Source of the DNA: Myxococcales bacterium FL481
GTDB lineage: Bacteria; Myxococcota_A; Polyangia; Nannocystales; Nannocystaceae
DNA length: 64,000 bases
Assembly (NCBI GenBank): GCA_006508105.1
Contig: QKPP01000152.1
Location: forward strand, 15,388-79,387
Direction of reading: 5' to 3'
Part shown: in pieces, positions 54,135-63,900 of the stretch
Layout: each line of letters starts with the position of its first letter
Position numbering within the stretch: position 1 is the first letter of the stretch
The notes under the pieces: generated by a model
Told to the model about the DNA's origin: nothing
Database searches by the model: none
The model's input: only the letters and a program-made list of their open reading frames with translations
Program-made: the position numbers and the translations under genes

Positions 54135-54839
54135 TCACGGCTCGCGGTTGCGACCCTCGCGGACATCCACGATGCGGCCATCCACGAGCGTGAACACCCG
54201 ATCGCAACGTTGGGCCAAGGCGGGGTCGTGCGTGACCAGCAGGCAGGCGATGCGGTGTAGCGTACTCTTCGCTCGAAGCAGGCGAAACACGGTGTCGGCG
54301 GTCTCCGTGTCCAGGTTCCCCGTGGGCTCGTCGGCGAGCAACAGGGGAGGGCGACGCACCAGGGCCCGAGCAATCGCCACTCGTTGCTGCTGGCCTCCCG
54401 ACAGTTTGGTGATCAATTCGTCCGCCCGTGGCTCGAGGCCGACTTCCGCAAGTCCTTCGAGCGCGCGCTGGCGCAAGCTCGAGCCGGTCCGACCGCGGTC
54501 GATGGCCAAGGGGAGCATGACATTTTGAACGGCCGACATCGCCGAGATGAGGTGATGGAACTGAAACACGAACCCCAGCGCTTGTGCCCGCAAGCGCGTG
54601 CGTTCGGGTTCGGACAGCCGTGTTGTCTCGTGGCCGACGAGGTTGACCGAGCCCGACGTCGGTCGGTCGAGCAGTCCGAGCATATTGAGAAGCGTGCTCT
54701 TGCCCGAGCCGGACGGTCCGACCAGCGCGACGAACTCGCCGGCATAGACCGTCATCTCGACGCCGTGGAGCACTCGCGTGACAACGTCCTCGCCAAACTC
54801 CTTGACGACGTCGCGCAGCGCAATCACCGGCTCAGTCAT
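54135..54839 (-). CDS. ABC transporter ATP-binding protein (LolD/MacB/DevA type)
   Basis: Walker [14 protein letters not shown]-loop, signature [15 protein letters not shown], Walker [14 protein letters not shown]-loop VTHD. Confidence 0.95.
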   Translation of the reverse strand: MTEPVIALRDVVKEFGEDVVTRVLHGVEMTVYAGEFVALVGPSGSGKSTLLNMLGLLDRPTSGSVNLVGHETTRLSEPERTRLRAQALGFVFQFHHLISAMSAVQNVMLPLAIDRGRTGSSLRQRALEGLAEVGLEPRADELITKLSGGQQQRVAIARALVRRPPLLLADEPTGNLDTETADTVFRLLRAKSTLHRIACLLVTHDPALAQRCDRVFTLVDGRIVDVREGRNREP

Positions 54840-56055
54840 TGCGGATCGCCTCGGCGGGATCCATCCTCGCCGCCTGGTTAGCGGGCAGGCTCGCCGCGAG
54901 AAGGCCGGTCGTGACCGCGATGAGGCTGGTCGTGATCACCAACGGAGCATCGACCGAGATCGTGAACAACGGATCTCCGGCGGGATCAACCGCAGTCTGA
55001 CTGAACGCAACGGCGATCAGGGTGCCCAGTCCGGCCCCGACACCCGAGCCCACAATCCCCATGACGCCGCCTTGGATGACGAACACCCAGCCCACCTGGG
55101 CTCGGGAGATACCCATGGCCCGCAAAATCCCAATCTGCCGCCGCTTTTGGAAGACCGACACGACCAGCACGCTGGCGATCCCAATCGTCACGGCGAGCAC
55201 GACGAACAGCTGAATGAGCAGACTAGAGTTGCGTTGGGAACGCAAAGCGGTGAGCAACTCTGCGTTGGTCCGCATCCAGCTTTTGACCTCGAGTCCGGTG
55301 CTGTCGACGAGTCGGTCCGCGACCTCGTTCGCGAGGAAGGCGTCGGGCAAGCGAAGCTGGATCTGAGTGACCGCCCCGACCTGTCCGAGCAGGGTCTGAG
55401 CGGCTCGCAATGGCGTCAGGACCCATTGCTGATTCACGGTCCGAGATCCCAAGTCAAACACGCCCACCACTGTGAACAGTTCGGTTCGTCCCTCGGTGGC
55501 CTCAATCCTCAGTTTCGATCCAAGCGCCAGGCCGAGTTCGTCGGCCAGCCCGACCCCGACCACGGCGTCCGTGCCGCCTCGCAGCATCCGACCGCTCTCG
55601 AGTCGGCCCGGAATATCGATGACGGCCACATATCGCTCGGGAACCAGCCCGATCAGGCTGATCGATTTGGTCGCCGACCCCCGCACCGCGAAACCCGCGC
55701 CGGTGACGACCGGCGATGTCGCGGCGATGTCGGGGTCAGTCTCCAAGCGCGCGAGCGTCTGTCGCCAGTCCGGCATGGCTCGTTGCCGTTGGGCGGCCCG
55801 CTCGAATCGCGTGATCACCCGCCGATGGGCGTCGGCCGCTTGCCACAGACCGCGTGGACGCTCTTCGGGGCGTTCCAATGTCACCTGCGGTTGCGCGCCC
55901 AGTGTTTTGCTCAGAAGGTCCTCTTGCAGTCCCGAGATCAGCGCGGAAAGAAACACAATGACGGCGACCCCGACGCCGACGGCGGAACTGATGAGAGCCG
56001 TTTGGGTTCGGCCCTCTCGCATAAACTGAATGGCAATAAACAGTGCGATTGGCAC
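54832..56055 (-). CDS. ABC transporter permease, FtsX/MacB-type (LolC/E, DevC-like)
   Basis: GTG 56055 lies 2 nt after the adaptor gene's stop. [36 protein letters not shown] large periplasmic loop. C-terminal [20 protein letters not shown]...[17 protein letters not shown]. Overlaps the ATPase gene by 8 nt. Confidence 0.9.
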   Translation of the reverse strand: MPIALFIAIQFMREGRTQTALISSAVGVGVAVIVFLSALISGLQEDLLSKTLGAQPQVTLERPEERPRGLWQAADAHRRVITRFERAAQRQRAMPDWRQTLARLETDPDIAATSPVVTGAGFAVRGSATKSISLIGLVPERYVAVIDIPGRLESGRMLRGGTDAVVGVGLADELGLALGSKLRIEATEGRTELFTVVGVFDLGSRTVNQQWVLTPLRAAQTLLGQVGAVTQIQLRLPDAFLANEVADRLVDSTGLEVKSWMRTNAELLTALRSQRNSSLLIQLFVVLAVTIGIASVLVVSVFQKRRQIGILRAMGISRAQVGWVFVIQGGVMGIVGSGVGAGLGTLIAVAFSQTAVDPAGDPLFTISVDAPLVITTSLIAVTTGLLAASLPANQAARMDPAEAIRND

Positions 56056-56057
56056 GG

Positions 56058-57254
56058 CTAGCCCTCGGTGGCACGATCGCCCGGCTCGAGTCCGGTGGGT
56101 ACAGCGACGATTCGATCGTTGGCCGATACACCAGAAAGAACCTGTACGTATTTGGTGCCGCGTAGGCCGAGTTCGAGGTCTGCCCGGGCCAACCGTCCGT
56201 CGCGCAGGGTCATCACCCAAGGGTTCGCGGCGCCAAATCCGACGACGCACGAGACAGGAATCAACAAGGCATCGGCTTGCTCGGCCACGACAATGTCGAC
56301 GGAGACGGTCATATCCGTCCGAAGCCGGATGGGAGGGTCTTTCACATCGAGACGCAACTCGACGGTACCGCGGGCCGGGTCGACCGACGGCGCAATGTAG
56401 CTGAGTGTGGCGTTGAAGACTTGCTCGGGGAACGCCTCGGCGGAAGCTTTGGCGGCCAGCCCTTCGCGCAGGAGCGAGAGGTTCTTTTCATCCGCGTTGA
56501 GCAGCAGCTGTTGTGGACCGTCGAGGACCAACGTGATCAACGGGGATCCCGGTTGAACGACGTCTCCGACTTCGACGTGGCGCTCTCGAATGATGCCGGG
56601 AGCCGGGGCCCGCGCGGACAGTCGCTCGACGCGGTTTTCCGCCGCGAGCAGACCGGCCTCGGCAAAGGTCTGAGCGGCGACGGCGACTTGCCACTGGGCG
56701 CCTCGCCTAGACGTTGCGGCCGCAGCGAGCTCAGCCGCGCGGGCTCGGGAGCGGGCGACGGTCAATGCGGTCCGTGATCGATCGAGATCGGCCGCCGTGC
56801 GGGCCCCCGCCGCGAACAGCTCGCGGTCTCGCGTGGCGCCGCGTTGGGCTTCCTCGAGCTGAGCACGGGCTTCCTGGAGTTGGGCCGCGGCCGTCTTGGA
56901 GGTTACGGTCCGCACCTGACGGGTCTGCGCAACCGCTTGGTCGACGGCGGCTCTCGCCTGCGCCAACGCGGCTTGCGCCTCCGCGTCATCCATGTGGACG
57001 AGGAGTTCTCCGGCGTCGACGTGTTGCCCCTCGTCGACGGGCAATCCCGTCACGGAGCTGCGCTCAAAAGCGAGGAACTCAACTTGAGCCGGTGGAGCGA
57101 CGCGCCCCACGATGGCGAGGGTCTGCGCGATCGGACCCTTCGACGGGACGACGACGGTCACCGAGACCGGGCGGCCAAACCACCAGCTGACCAAGCCGAA
57201 TCCAACCAGCAGCAACGCTCCGAGCAGGAGGCCCCGACGGGTCGAGCGGGTCAT
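56058..57254 (-). CDS. HlyD-family periplasmic adaptor (MacA/DevB-like)
   Basis: ATG 57254 gives MTRSTRRGLLLGALLLVGFGLVSWWF. Lipoyl-like VTGLPVDEGQHVDAGELLVHMDD. Coiled-coil hairpin. LSARAPAPGIIRERHVEVGDVVQPGSPL. Confidence 0.9.
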   Translation of the reverse strand: MTRSTRRGLLLGALLLVGFGLVSWWFGRPVSVTVVVPSKGPIAQTLAIVGRVAPPAQVEFLAFERSSVTGLPVDEGQHVDAGELLVHMDDAEAQAALAQARAAVDQAVAQTRQVRTVTSKTAAAQLQEARAQLEEAQRGATRDRELFAAGARTAADLDRSRTALTVARSRARAAELAAAATSRRGAQWQVAVAAQTFAEAGLLAAENRVERLSARAPAPGIIRERHVEVGDVVQPGSPLITLVLDGPQQLLLNADEKNLSLLREGLAAKASAEAFPEQVFNATLSYIAPSVDPARGTVELRLDVKDPPIRLRTDMTVSVDIVVAEQADALLIPVSCVVGFGAANPWVMTLRDGRLARADLELGLRGTKYVQVLSGVSANDRIVAVPTGLEPGDRATEG

Positions 57255-57306
57255 GCAGGTGAGGCTACGGGGTCGTTCGAGCGCAGTCGACCCCGTCGGG
57301 ATCTGC

Positions 57307-58689
57307 CTAGCGGAGCGTGGTGACGTCCACCACCGCGAATCCACCCGCAGATACGTCGACCTCGCTGCGGTGGGTTTCGCGGCCCCCAGGTCCGCGTACG
57401 GTGACTTCGACGGTGTGCTTGCCCGGAGGCACCGGTACTCGCGACACGAGAATGCGCCCCGGGAGCAACGTCCAAGAGCGCGTGTCTGGCTTGTCGAGAG
57501 CGACCATGGTGCCCTCTACCGCGAGCGCGGCCAACAAGCCGAGGGCGTCGCCGCCGGACTTGCTTTGTCGTCCGGCGGCTCGGGCCCCCTCCGCTGCGGC
57601 CGCGCGGGCCACCATGCGGGTCAACGCAGCGCCGATGATGCGCGGCTTGAGGTCGTCGTACTCGCGCCGGATCTCCGCGCCCAGGTCTGTGGTCAGCTCG
57701 ATCGGGACGCTGGTGCCGTCGATGGTGACCGCGGCCTCGTCAAATACCGTCGGTGCCGCGACCATCTCGGGATAGACCACCACCTTGAAGGCACCGTACT
57801 CCAACAGTGTGGGGTCACCGGTGAAGTGCGCGTCCGCGACGCCGATGGCCGCACCGATCGGCAATCGCTCGGGCACTTTGTAGGGGACTCGGCCCAGACT
57901 CACCACGCACAAGATCTCGCCCGCCCCCTCGACCGGATCCACGTCGCCGGCACGTTCCAAAAACCCAGTGAGGCGTTCCGACCGGTAGTTGGACTTGGCG
58001 CTCAGTCGCGCGATGGGCTCGGCCAACGATTGGAGGTCGCGCTCGGCGAGCGCTTCGTCGTAGTACCGCAACGCGCCGTCCGTCTCTCCCAGCTTCTCGT
58101 ACACGAAACCCGCCATATACGAGCCGAACCCCACGTGGGCTTCGTCCGGCTGGTAGTCGTCGAAGTAGCGGCGCATCACGGTGAACCGCTTGGCCTCGAC
58201 GCGCGCGCCCGCCAGGTCGCCGCGCGAGAGGTAGTTGAGCAGGTTGAGGCCGTTGAGCGACAGTTTCTCGGTGGGCGAACTGTGGTACTTGGTCGCGCTG
58301 TCACTGTAGATGTAACGGCCGATCTTTCCCCCGGTGTCGGCGGCGATGTCCAACAGCTCGAGTTCCTTCTCAGCCGCTTCGAAGTCCCGCGCGCTGTCCT
58401 CGTAACGACGCAGCGCTCGGTGCACCGTGCCGCGCTCTAAGACGGTGAGGGCGGTCTCTTTCTTCCAGACGTCGGGGAGCTGTTCGCTCGAGTCCACATC
58501 CAGCAGCTTGTTGAGCTCGGTGGCGCCGCGCCCGAAGTCGCCGCGGGTCACGGCATCGCGGGCACGGGCCGTTCGATCGCTGTACGTGGCGCACCCGGCC
58601 AGTGACAAGCCGACGAGCGCCGCCGCCACGCCACGGGTGAAGCGAGGAAGCGGTCCGCTGCGGTGGCGAGGTCGGGGAGAACGCAGCAT
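57307..58689 (-). CDS. Large conserved-looking lipoprotein (TPR-like N-half), hypothetical
   Basis: Lipobox AALVGLSLAGC. YRRALRYYEDS-type helical repeats (RALRRYEDSARDFEAAEKEL; NYLSRGDLAGARVEAKRF; EKLGETDGALRYYDEAL). I recall such lipoproteins (COG3014-like) next to LpoB-like genes. This is unverified. Confidence 0.7.
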   Translation of the reverse strand: MLRSPRPRHRSGPLPRFTRGVAAALVGLSLAGCATYSDRTARARDAVTRGDFGRGATELNKLLDVDSSEQLPDVWKKETALTVLERGTVHRALRRYEDSARDFEAAEKELELLDIAADTGGKIGRYIYSDSATKYHSSPTEKLSLNGLNLLNYLSRGDLAGARVEAKRFTVMRRYFDDYQPDEAHVGFGSYMAGFVYEKLGETDGALRYYDEALAERDLQSLAEPIARLSAKSNYRSERLTGFLERAGDVDPVEGAGEILCVVSLGRVPYKVPERLPIGAAIGVADAHFTGDPTLLEYGAFKVVVYPEMVAAPTVFDEAAVTIDGTSVPIELTTDLGAEIRREYDDLKPRIIGAALTRMVARAAAAEGARAAGRQSKSGGDALGLLAALAVEGTMVALDKPDTRSWTLLPGRILVSRVPVPPGKHTVEVTVRGPGGRETHRSEVDVSAGGFAVVDVTTLR

Positions 58690-58706
58690 CAGCCGAGACG
58701 CGGGCG

Positions 58707-59318
58707 CTAGCGTACGATGGCTTTCGTCCGCTCGGACTGGTGCTGGAACTTGATGAGGCTCGTTTCGACCTCCAAGACCTGCAAAAACAGGGCGTACTGA
58801 ACCCGGCGTTCCTTCTTCATCCGCTCGTCGGTGGAGGTGAGCTTGCCCGTGAAGTAGTACTTGGCCCCGAGCTGTTTACCGACCGCGGCCGCGGTGGCGG
58901 GGTCGAACGCGGCTCCCTGCTGGACGCCGACCTCCTCGGCCATCTGCGCTTGCCGCTCGCGGCTGACGACCGAGACCGCGGCGCTATTGACCAGCGTGGT
59001 CTCCAGCTGGCTCAACAGGTTGAGCATTTGGTCGTCGAGATGTTCGCTGGTGTGGTTTTCGATCGGCCAGATGGCCACGATCGGGTTTTCGCCGCTTTGT
59101 TGGACGTCGCGTGCCCAAAACGGTGAGGCGAATAGGGCGTCCGAGTTCTTTTTGACCAGGTCTTCGATGTCGACCTTGTCGAGCGTCGTGCTCATCGCTC
59201 CCTGGTCGAGGTTGGGGTTCGCGGTCCCCTCCCCGCCGCGCACGGCCTTGGGGCCGCAGGCGGTTGCAAGCACGGTGAAGGACAGGGCGAGGACGGTGCG
59301 CGTGGCGTGAATCGACAT
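58707..59318 (-). CDS. LpoB-like (COG3417 / YcfM-type) lipoprotein
   Basis: ATG 59318 gives MSIHATRTVLALSFTVLATAC (lipobox). IVAIWPIENHTSEHLDDQMLNLLSQLETTLVNSAAVSVVSRERQ...GKQLGAKYYFTGKL...YALFLQVLEVETSLIKF parallels E. coli LpoB (VDSVNNRTNGSL...LRNALANNGKFTLVS...GAHYVLYSS...). Confidence 0.7.
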   Translation of the reverse strand: MSIHATRTVLALSFTVLATACGPKAVRGGEGTANPNLDQGAMSTTLDKVDIEDLVKKNSDALFASPFWARDVQQSGENPIVAIWPIENHTSEHLDDQMLNLLSQLETTLVNSAAVSVVSRERQAQMAEEVGVQQGAAFDPATAAAVGKQLGAKYYFTGKLTSTDERMKKERRVQYALFLQVLEVETSLIKFQHQSERTKAIVR

Positions 59319-59349
59319 GATGGCTCCGGCGTGAGTCGTGTGACGCGGG

Positions 59350-59658
59350 TCACAAGATGAGGGCGAGCTGAGGAAGTGCGTAGAGACGTTCGTAGACGGC
59401 GATGATTTCATCAACCTCGTCAATGCGCAGATCTAGCGTCACGCAGGAGCGCGCTCCGCTCGATGTCACGCGGACCCGGCTCTCGAATCGGGCCCGTGTG
59501 ACCACGCTTTCAGCGGCAGACTCGACCGCCGACCGAAATGCGTCGTCGCCCGGGCCGAAGGCCTTGATGCAGTACGGTCCCGGGAACTGATGGGTCGCGA
59601 GCAGGAGCTCTCGCGGCGGCGCGTGTCGCACAGAAGACACGGGCCCTTTCCATACCAT
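59350..59658 (-). CDS. DUF493 / YbeD-like small protein
   Basis: ATG 59658. FPGPYCIKAFGPGDDAFRSAVESAAESVV...VTSSGARSCVTLDLRIDEVDEIIAVYERLYALPQLALIL parallels E. coli YbeD (FPTPFTYKVMG...PSSKGNYHSVSITI...VETLYEELGKI). Confidence 0.65.
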   Translation of the reverse strand: MVWKGPVSSVRHAPPRELLLATHQFPGPYCIKAFGPGDDAFRSAVESAAESVVTRARFESRVRVTSSGARSCVTLDLRIDEVDEIIAVYERLYALPQLALIL

Positions 59659-59708
59659 TTTCAGCGACCCGCAACAGCGGTACCTATGCTGTCCGTCGAG
59701 CTGCACAG

Positions 59709-60962
59709 ATGCTGATCGCTCTTCTCCCTCGCCGTTCGCACGATCCGTGCCCGTGTCGCAGCGTCGCGTGCGTGGCGTGGATGGTCGCCGCGTTGGTCGG
59801 GTGCGGCGGTCCGACGCGATCGGAGTCGAGCGCGGAGGACACCTCATCCACCGGGGACGCGGCCCAGGCACAAACCAAGCCCCGCGGCAGTGCGACGAAG
59901 CGCTCGAAACCCGGACGGGGGCGCAAGAGCTCGGGCCGGGGGGCGAGCCGCGATCGCGACCAAGCGGCAGTTGCCGTCGAACAACAGCCCCCGCAGCCGG
60001 CCACCATTCGTCGGTTCTACGAACTGTCGGGGACCCTCACGGCCCGTCGTGCGGCTCAGTTGCGTCCGGTGCAGCCCGGTATTGTGCAGGCCCTGCTGGC
60101 CGAGGAGGGCGACGTTGTCGAAAAAGGCCAGTTGTTGGCCCGGCTCGACGGTCGAGAACGGGCCCTCATGGCGGCCCGAGACGAGCTCAACCAGAAAAAC
60201 GCGCAACGTGAGCTGCAGCGGCTCGAGGCGATCGCATCTTCCCAGGCTCTTTCGCGCGAAGAAGTCGACAAGCAGCGGTTTGCTCTGGAGTCGGCCACCG
60301 CGAGTAGCAAGTTGTCCCGTTATCAAGCCAAGCTCAACCTCATTCGCGCCCCGTTCGCGGGCATTGTCACCGCGCGAAACGTGGAGCTGGGCAACCTCGC
60401 GGCCGGCGGCGAGGTGCTATTCGAGATCGCGGACGTCTCGGCGTTGGAGCTCCAACTTCACGTACCCGAGCGAGAGGCGTTGCGTGTGGCTGTAGGGGCG
60501 GTCACCGAGGTGTCGCTGCTCGACGAGACGGCGTTCGACGCCACGGTGGTGCGACGCGCCCCGGTGGTCGACCCGCTGACGGGAACGGTCAAGCTGACCG
60601 CCCGCGCCGAGACGTTTCCCGCGGGGGCGATGCCCGGCGCCTTCGTTCGGGCCAAGATTCTCCTGGAGTCTCGCGAGGTCCCGCGCAGCGTGCCCAAGTC
60701 GGCCGTGTTTGACCTCGACGGTCGACCTCACGTGTACGCCGTGATCGAGGGCCGAGCCCAACGGGTCCCAGTGAGTTTGGGCCTGACCGGGGAACACCGG
60801 GTGGAGCTCGTGGACGGGCCGTCCGCCGACCAACCCGTGGTCACCGACGGGGTGATGGACATCACCGACGGCATGCCGCTGCGGCCGGCGACCGCCCCGG
60901 CCGAGCGCCCCGGGGCAGCCAATGACGACTCACCCGCAGCCCCCACGGCCGCGAAGGGATAG
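59709..60962 (+). CDS. RND efflux periplasmic adaptor (membrane fusion protein) lipoprotein
   Basis: Lipobox WMVAALVGCG. A basic low-complexity linker. LRPVQPGIVQALLAEEGDVVEKGQLLARLD. IRAPFAGIVTARNVELGNLAAGGEVLFEIAD. Beta-barrel and MP domains. Confidence 0.9.
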   Translation: MLIALLPRRSHDPCPCRSVACVAWMVAALVGCGGPTRSESSAEDTSSTGDAAQAQTKPRGSATKRSKPGRGRKSSGRGASRDRDQAAVAVEQQPPQPATIRRFYELSGTLTARRAAQLRPVQPGIVQALLAEEGDVVEKGQLLARLDGRERALMAARDELNQKNAQRELQRLEAIASSQALSREEVDKQRFALESATASSKLSRYQAKLNLIRAPFAGIVTARNVELGNLAAGGEVLFEIADVSALELQLHVPEREALRVAVGAVTEVSLLDETAFDATVVRRAPVVDPLTGTVKLTARAETFPAGAMPGAFVRAKILLESREVPRSVPKSAVFDLDGRPHVYAVIEGRAQRVPVSLGLTGEHRVELVDGPSADQPVVTDGVMDITDGMPLRPATAPAERPGAANDDSPAAPTAAKG

Positions 60963-60968
60963 CGACTA

Positions 60969-63900
60969 GTGTTCGGGGGCGGGATCGCGGCGGTGGTATG
61001 GCGGCCCGTCACCACGTTCATGGTCACCATCGCGTGCGTGCTGTTCGGCTGGGTCGCCGCCACTCGGTTGCCGGTCGAACTGCTGCCCGAGCTGTCGTAC
61101 CCGAGCATCACGGTGCGCACCGACTACGCCGACGCGGCGCCGCTGGAAGTCGAAGAGCTGATCACCCGCCCGGTCGAGGAGTTGGTCGGTGCCGTCCCGG
61201 GGGTGCTCACGGTGGAGTCCGTCAGCCGCGAGGGCCAAAGCGAGGTGGTGCTCGACTTCCAGTGGGGGACGCGTATCGACGAGGTGATGGCCGAGGTGCG
61301 CGAGAAGTTGGACCGGGCGCGGTTACCCACAGCCGCCGAGCGTCCCGTGGTGCTTCGCTACGATCCCGCCCAGCAGCCCATTTTGCGGCTGGTGCTCGTG
61401 CCCGGCGCGGCCGTCGAGAGTCTGGCCGCGCTGCGGTTTTCCGCCGACCGCCACGTCAAGCGGGCGTTGGAGAAGCTGCCCGGTGTGGCGGCGGTGCAGC
61501 TTCACGGTGGCGACGAGGAGGAGGTGGTTGTCGAGGTCGACCCGGCCCGCGCGGCCGCGTTGCGCATCGACTTCGGCGAAGTTGTCGATGCGCTCACGGC
61601 CGACAACGTCAACCGTCCCGGCGGAGCGGTGACCGAGCAAGGCGAGCGGTACCTGATTCGCACCATGCATGAGGCGCGTTCGCCCGAGGACCTCGAGGAC
61701 GTCATCGTCCGCAGTGCGGACGGAGCAAACCTGCGTCTGCGCGACGTGGCGCAGATCCGGCGTCAGCCGGTGGAGCGCGAAGAGATCGCGCTGTTCGAGG
61801 GGCGCGAGGCGATCGAACTGAGTGTGTTTCGCGAGGGCGACGCAAACACGGTTGCCGTGGCGGCGGCCGTGACCGAACGGATGGCCGCGCTGAGGCTGCC
61901 CGATGGTCAGCGCGTGGAGTTGCTGTCCAACCAGGCCGATTTCATTGCCGCCGCCATCGACGAGGTACGACGCAACGTCCTGCTTGGGGGGGCGCTTGCG
62001 GTGTGTGTCCTGTTGTTTTTTCTCCGTGACTTGCGGTCGACGGTGGTGATCGCCACCGCGATCCCGATTTCGCTCCTGGCCACGTTTGTTCCCCTGCACA
62101 TGCTCGGGGTCTCCCTCAACCTGATGAGCTTGGGCGGCCTGGCGCTCGGCGTGGGCATGTTGGTCGACAACAGTATCGTCGTGCTCGAGGCGATCGCGCG
62201 TCGTCGAGAGGCCGAGCCGGCAGACGACGAGACGGCCTCGCGGCGCGAGACGGCCATCGCCGGCACGCGAGAGATCGCGGCGGCCGTGGTCGCGTCGACG
62301 CTCACGACCGTCGCCGTGTTCTTCCCGATGGCGTTCGTCAGCGGGGTGGCGGGCCAGTTGGTCCGCGATCTCGCGCTCGCGGTGAGTTTCAGCCTGATCT
62401 CGTCGCTGCTGGTGAGCCTGACGCTGGTCCCCGTATTGGCGTCGATCGGTCACGACGGCGGCACGCTTGGCGACACCGTTGATGCTGGCACCGGGCCGCC
62501 GCGGACCCTCCTCGCGTGGCTCGTCGTCCCGTTGGCGCTGGCGTGGCGCGGATGTGCGTGGTTGGTGTGGGGGGTGGCGCGGGTGATGAACCGAATTGCG
62601 TCCCCCCTGTCACGGGGCTACGACGCACTGGAGGCCGCCTACGTCCCGGTCTTGCGGGCCACCCTTCGCGCGCGGGTGCTGGTGCTGCTGGTGAGCGCGT
62701 TGCTGTGCGGCTGGAGTTTCGTCGCCCAGCAGGATCTGGGCCGCGCCCTGCTTCCCGATGTTCCCCGCGATGAGTTCTATGCTCAGTTGCGGCTGCCACA
62801 AGGCACCGCGTTGTCGCGCACGCTGGCGGTCAGCCGAGGGTTGACGCAGTCGCTGGCGGGCGACTCGCGTGTCGCCAGCGTGTTCGCGTCGGTGGGCACC
62901 CTGACCCAGGCCGGCTCGGCGGCGGGTACCGTATCGGGCACACATCTCGCTCAGATCGATATTCGTCTGCGGCACGAGGACGAAGCCGCCATGGCGCAAA
63001 CCGCCATGGAACTCGTCAATCGGCTACAAGTGGCGTTGAACGAGCCCCAGGCGAACCTGCGGATCGGTCAACCCGAGCTGTTCTCGTTTGAGGCGCCCCT
63101 CGAGGTGCAGGTCTACAGCGAAGACTTGGCGTTGGCCAACGCCCATGCCGTGCGACTGACTGAGGCGCTGGCTGGCTTGGATTCGCTGCGCGAGCCGACC
63201 CCCGACGATCTGACCGGCCGGCCCGAGGTGCGGGTCCACTTCGATCGGGAGCGCCTGGCTCGGTTGGGGTTGACCGTGTCGTCTGCGGCCTCGGCCGTGC
63301 GACGGGCCATTGAAGGGGAGGTCGCGGGGCAGATGCACACGACCGATCAGCCGCTCGACATTCGGGTGCAGGTGCCTCGCGTGGATCGCAGTCGGGTCGA
63401 GGACGTGCGTCGCATCGTCGTCGGCGTCGTCAACGAGGTCCCCGTGCGCCTCGAGGCCGTCGCCGACGTCGAAGCGTCGTCGGGCCCGGCACAGGTGCGA
63501 AGAATCGACGGCCGACGGGGCCTGCGGATCTTGGCTCGGGTGGCCTCGGCCGACTTGGGGGCGGTGGCCGAACAGGTACAAGCCGTGCTCGACGCTCACG
63601 CCGACCTCCAAGAGCGGGTGACCGCCGTAGTGTCTGGCCAGGCCGAGGCCATGAGCGATTCGTTGCGAAGCTTGGCGCTGACCGCCGCCTTGTCGCTGTT
63701 TTTAGTCTACGTGGTCATGGCCTCGAGCTTTGAAAGCTTTCACCACCCGTTGTTGATCATGTTTACGGTGCCGTTGGCGGCGGTCGGCGTGGTGGCGGCG
63801 GGCTGGCTCAGCGGGGCGCCGGTGTCGGTGATGACGGGCATGGGGGCCATCGTGTTGGCCGGGATCGTCGTGAACAACGCGATCGTGATGATCACCGCGG

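Noticed and set aside
61323-62453. 376-aa minus-strand ORF, with other minus ORFs between 60966 and 63997, inside the RND pump region
   Set aside because: Extremely Arg/His/Gly/Asp-rich with no motifs. The plus-strand frame from 60969 gives a textbook AcrB-like sequence, so these are antisense shadows typical of high-GC DNA.
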